Source: a virus. Taken from it: a stretch of DNA of 64,000 bases. The stretch is taken from the IMG/VR virus record IMGVR_UViG_3300021962_000035, positions 1 to 64,000 of that record, one strand, 5' to 3'. The translations under genes were made by a program, and so were the position numbers. Of the stretch, positions 64,000 to 64,000 are shown piece by piece. A model generated the notes under the pieces. The model had not been told where the DNA came from. It did not search any database and saw only the letters and a list, made by a program, of their open reading frames with translations. Each line of letters opens with the position of its first letter. Position 1 is the first letter of the stretch.

Positions 64000-64000
64000 G

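Noticed and set aside
1-64000. Alternative genetic code (stop-codon recoding)
   Set aside because: Conserved genes translate full length in code 11, coding density is high, and TAA, TAG and TGA all end genes.

Overview
This 64-kb window is part of a large, AT-rich, T4-like (Caudoviricetes, myovirus-type) jumbo phage genome, almost entirely coded on the + strand in the standard genetic code. The host is probably Bacteroidota, judging from TAnnTTTG promoters and A-rich starts without Shine-Dalgarno sites. In order it holds: a collagen-like fibre with a C-terminal chaperone; a 2OG-oxygenase/glycosyltransferase/heptosyltransferase cluster; neck, terminase, sheath, two tail tubes, a tail chaperone and a tape-measure-like protein; dCMP deaminase and an ECF-like sigma; a gp55-like late sigma, gp4, gp2 and two tandem full-length portal genes; ligase, clamp loader, kinase and RNase H; a protease-scaffold gene and the major capsid protein; many probable head-internal proteins; a kinase plus AsnB-like pair; a NUDIX hydrolase; and baseplate genes. 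The most striking unexplained structure is: (1) duplicated portals sharing a conserved EAPEVTL tail, plus other tandem structural paralogs; (2) three promoter classes outlining a host sigma to ECF sigma to gp55 sigma cascade; (3) a hidden -1 frameshift extension at an A9 run and a probable +1/-2 tail-chaperone frameshift; (4) a nested scaffold start inside the protease gene; (5) a family of proteins with T4-like capsid-targeting leaders; (6) a candidate virion glycosylation system. All family assignments come from motif recognition by eye; no database searches were run.
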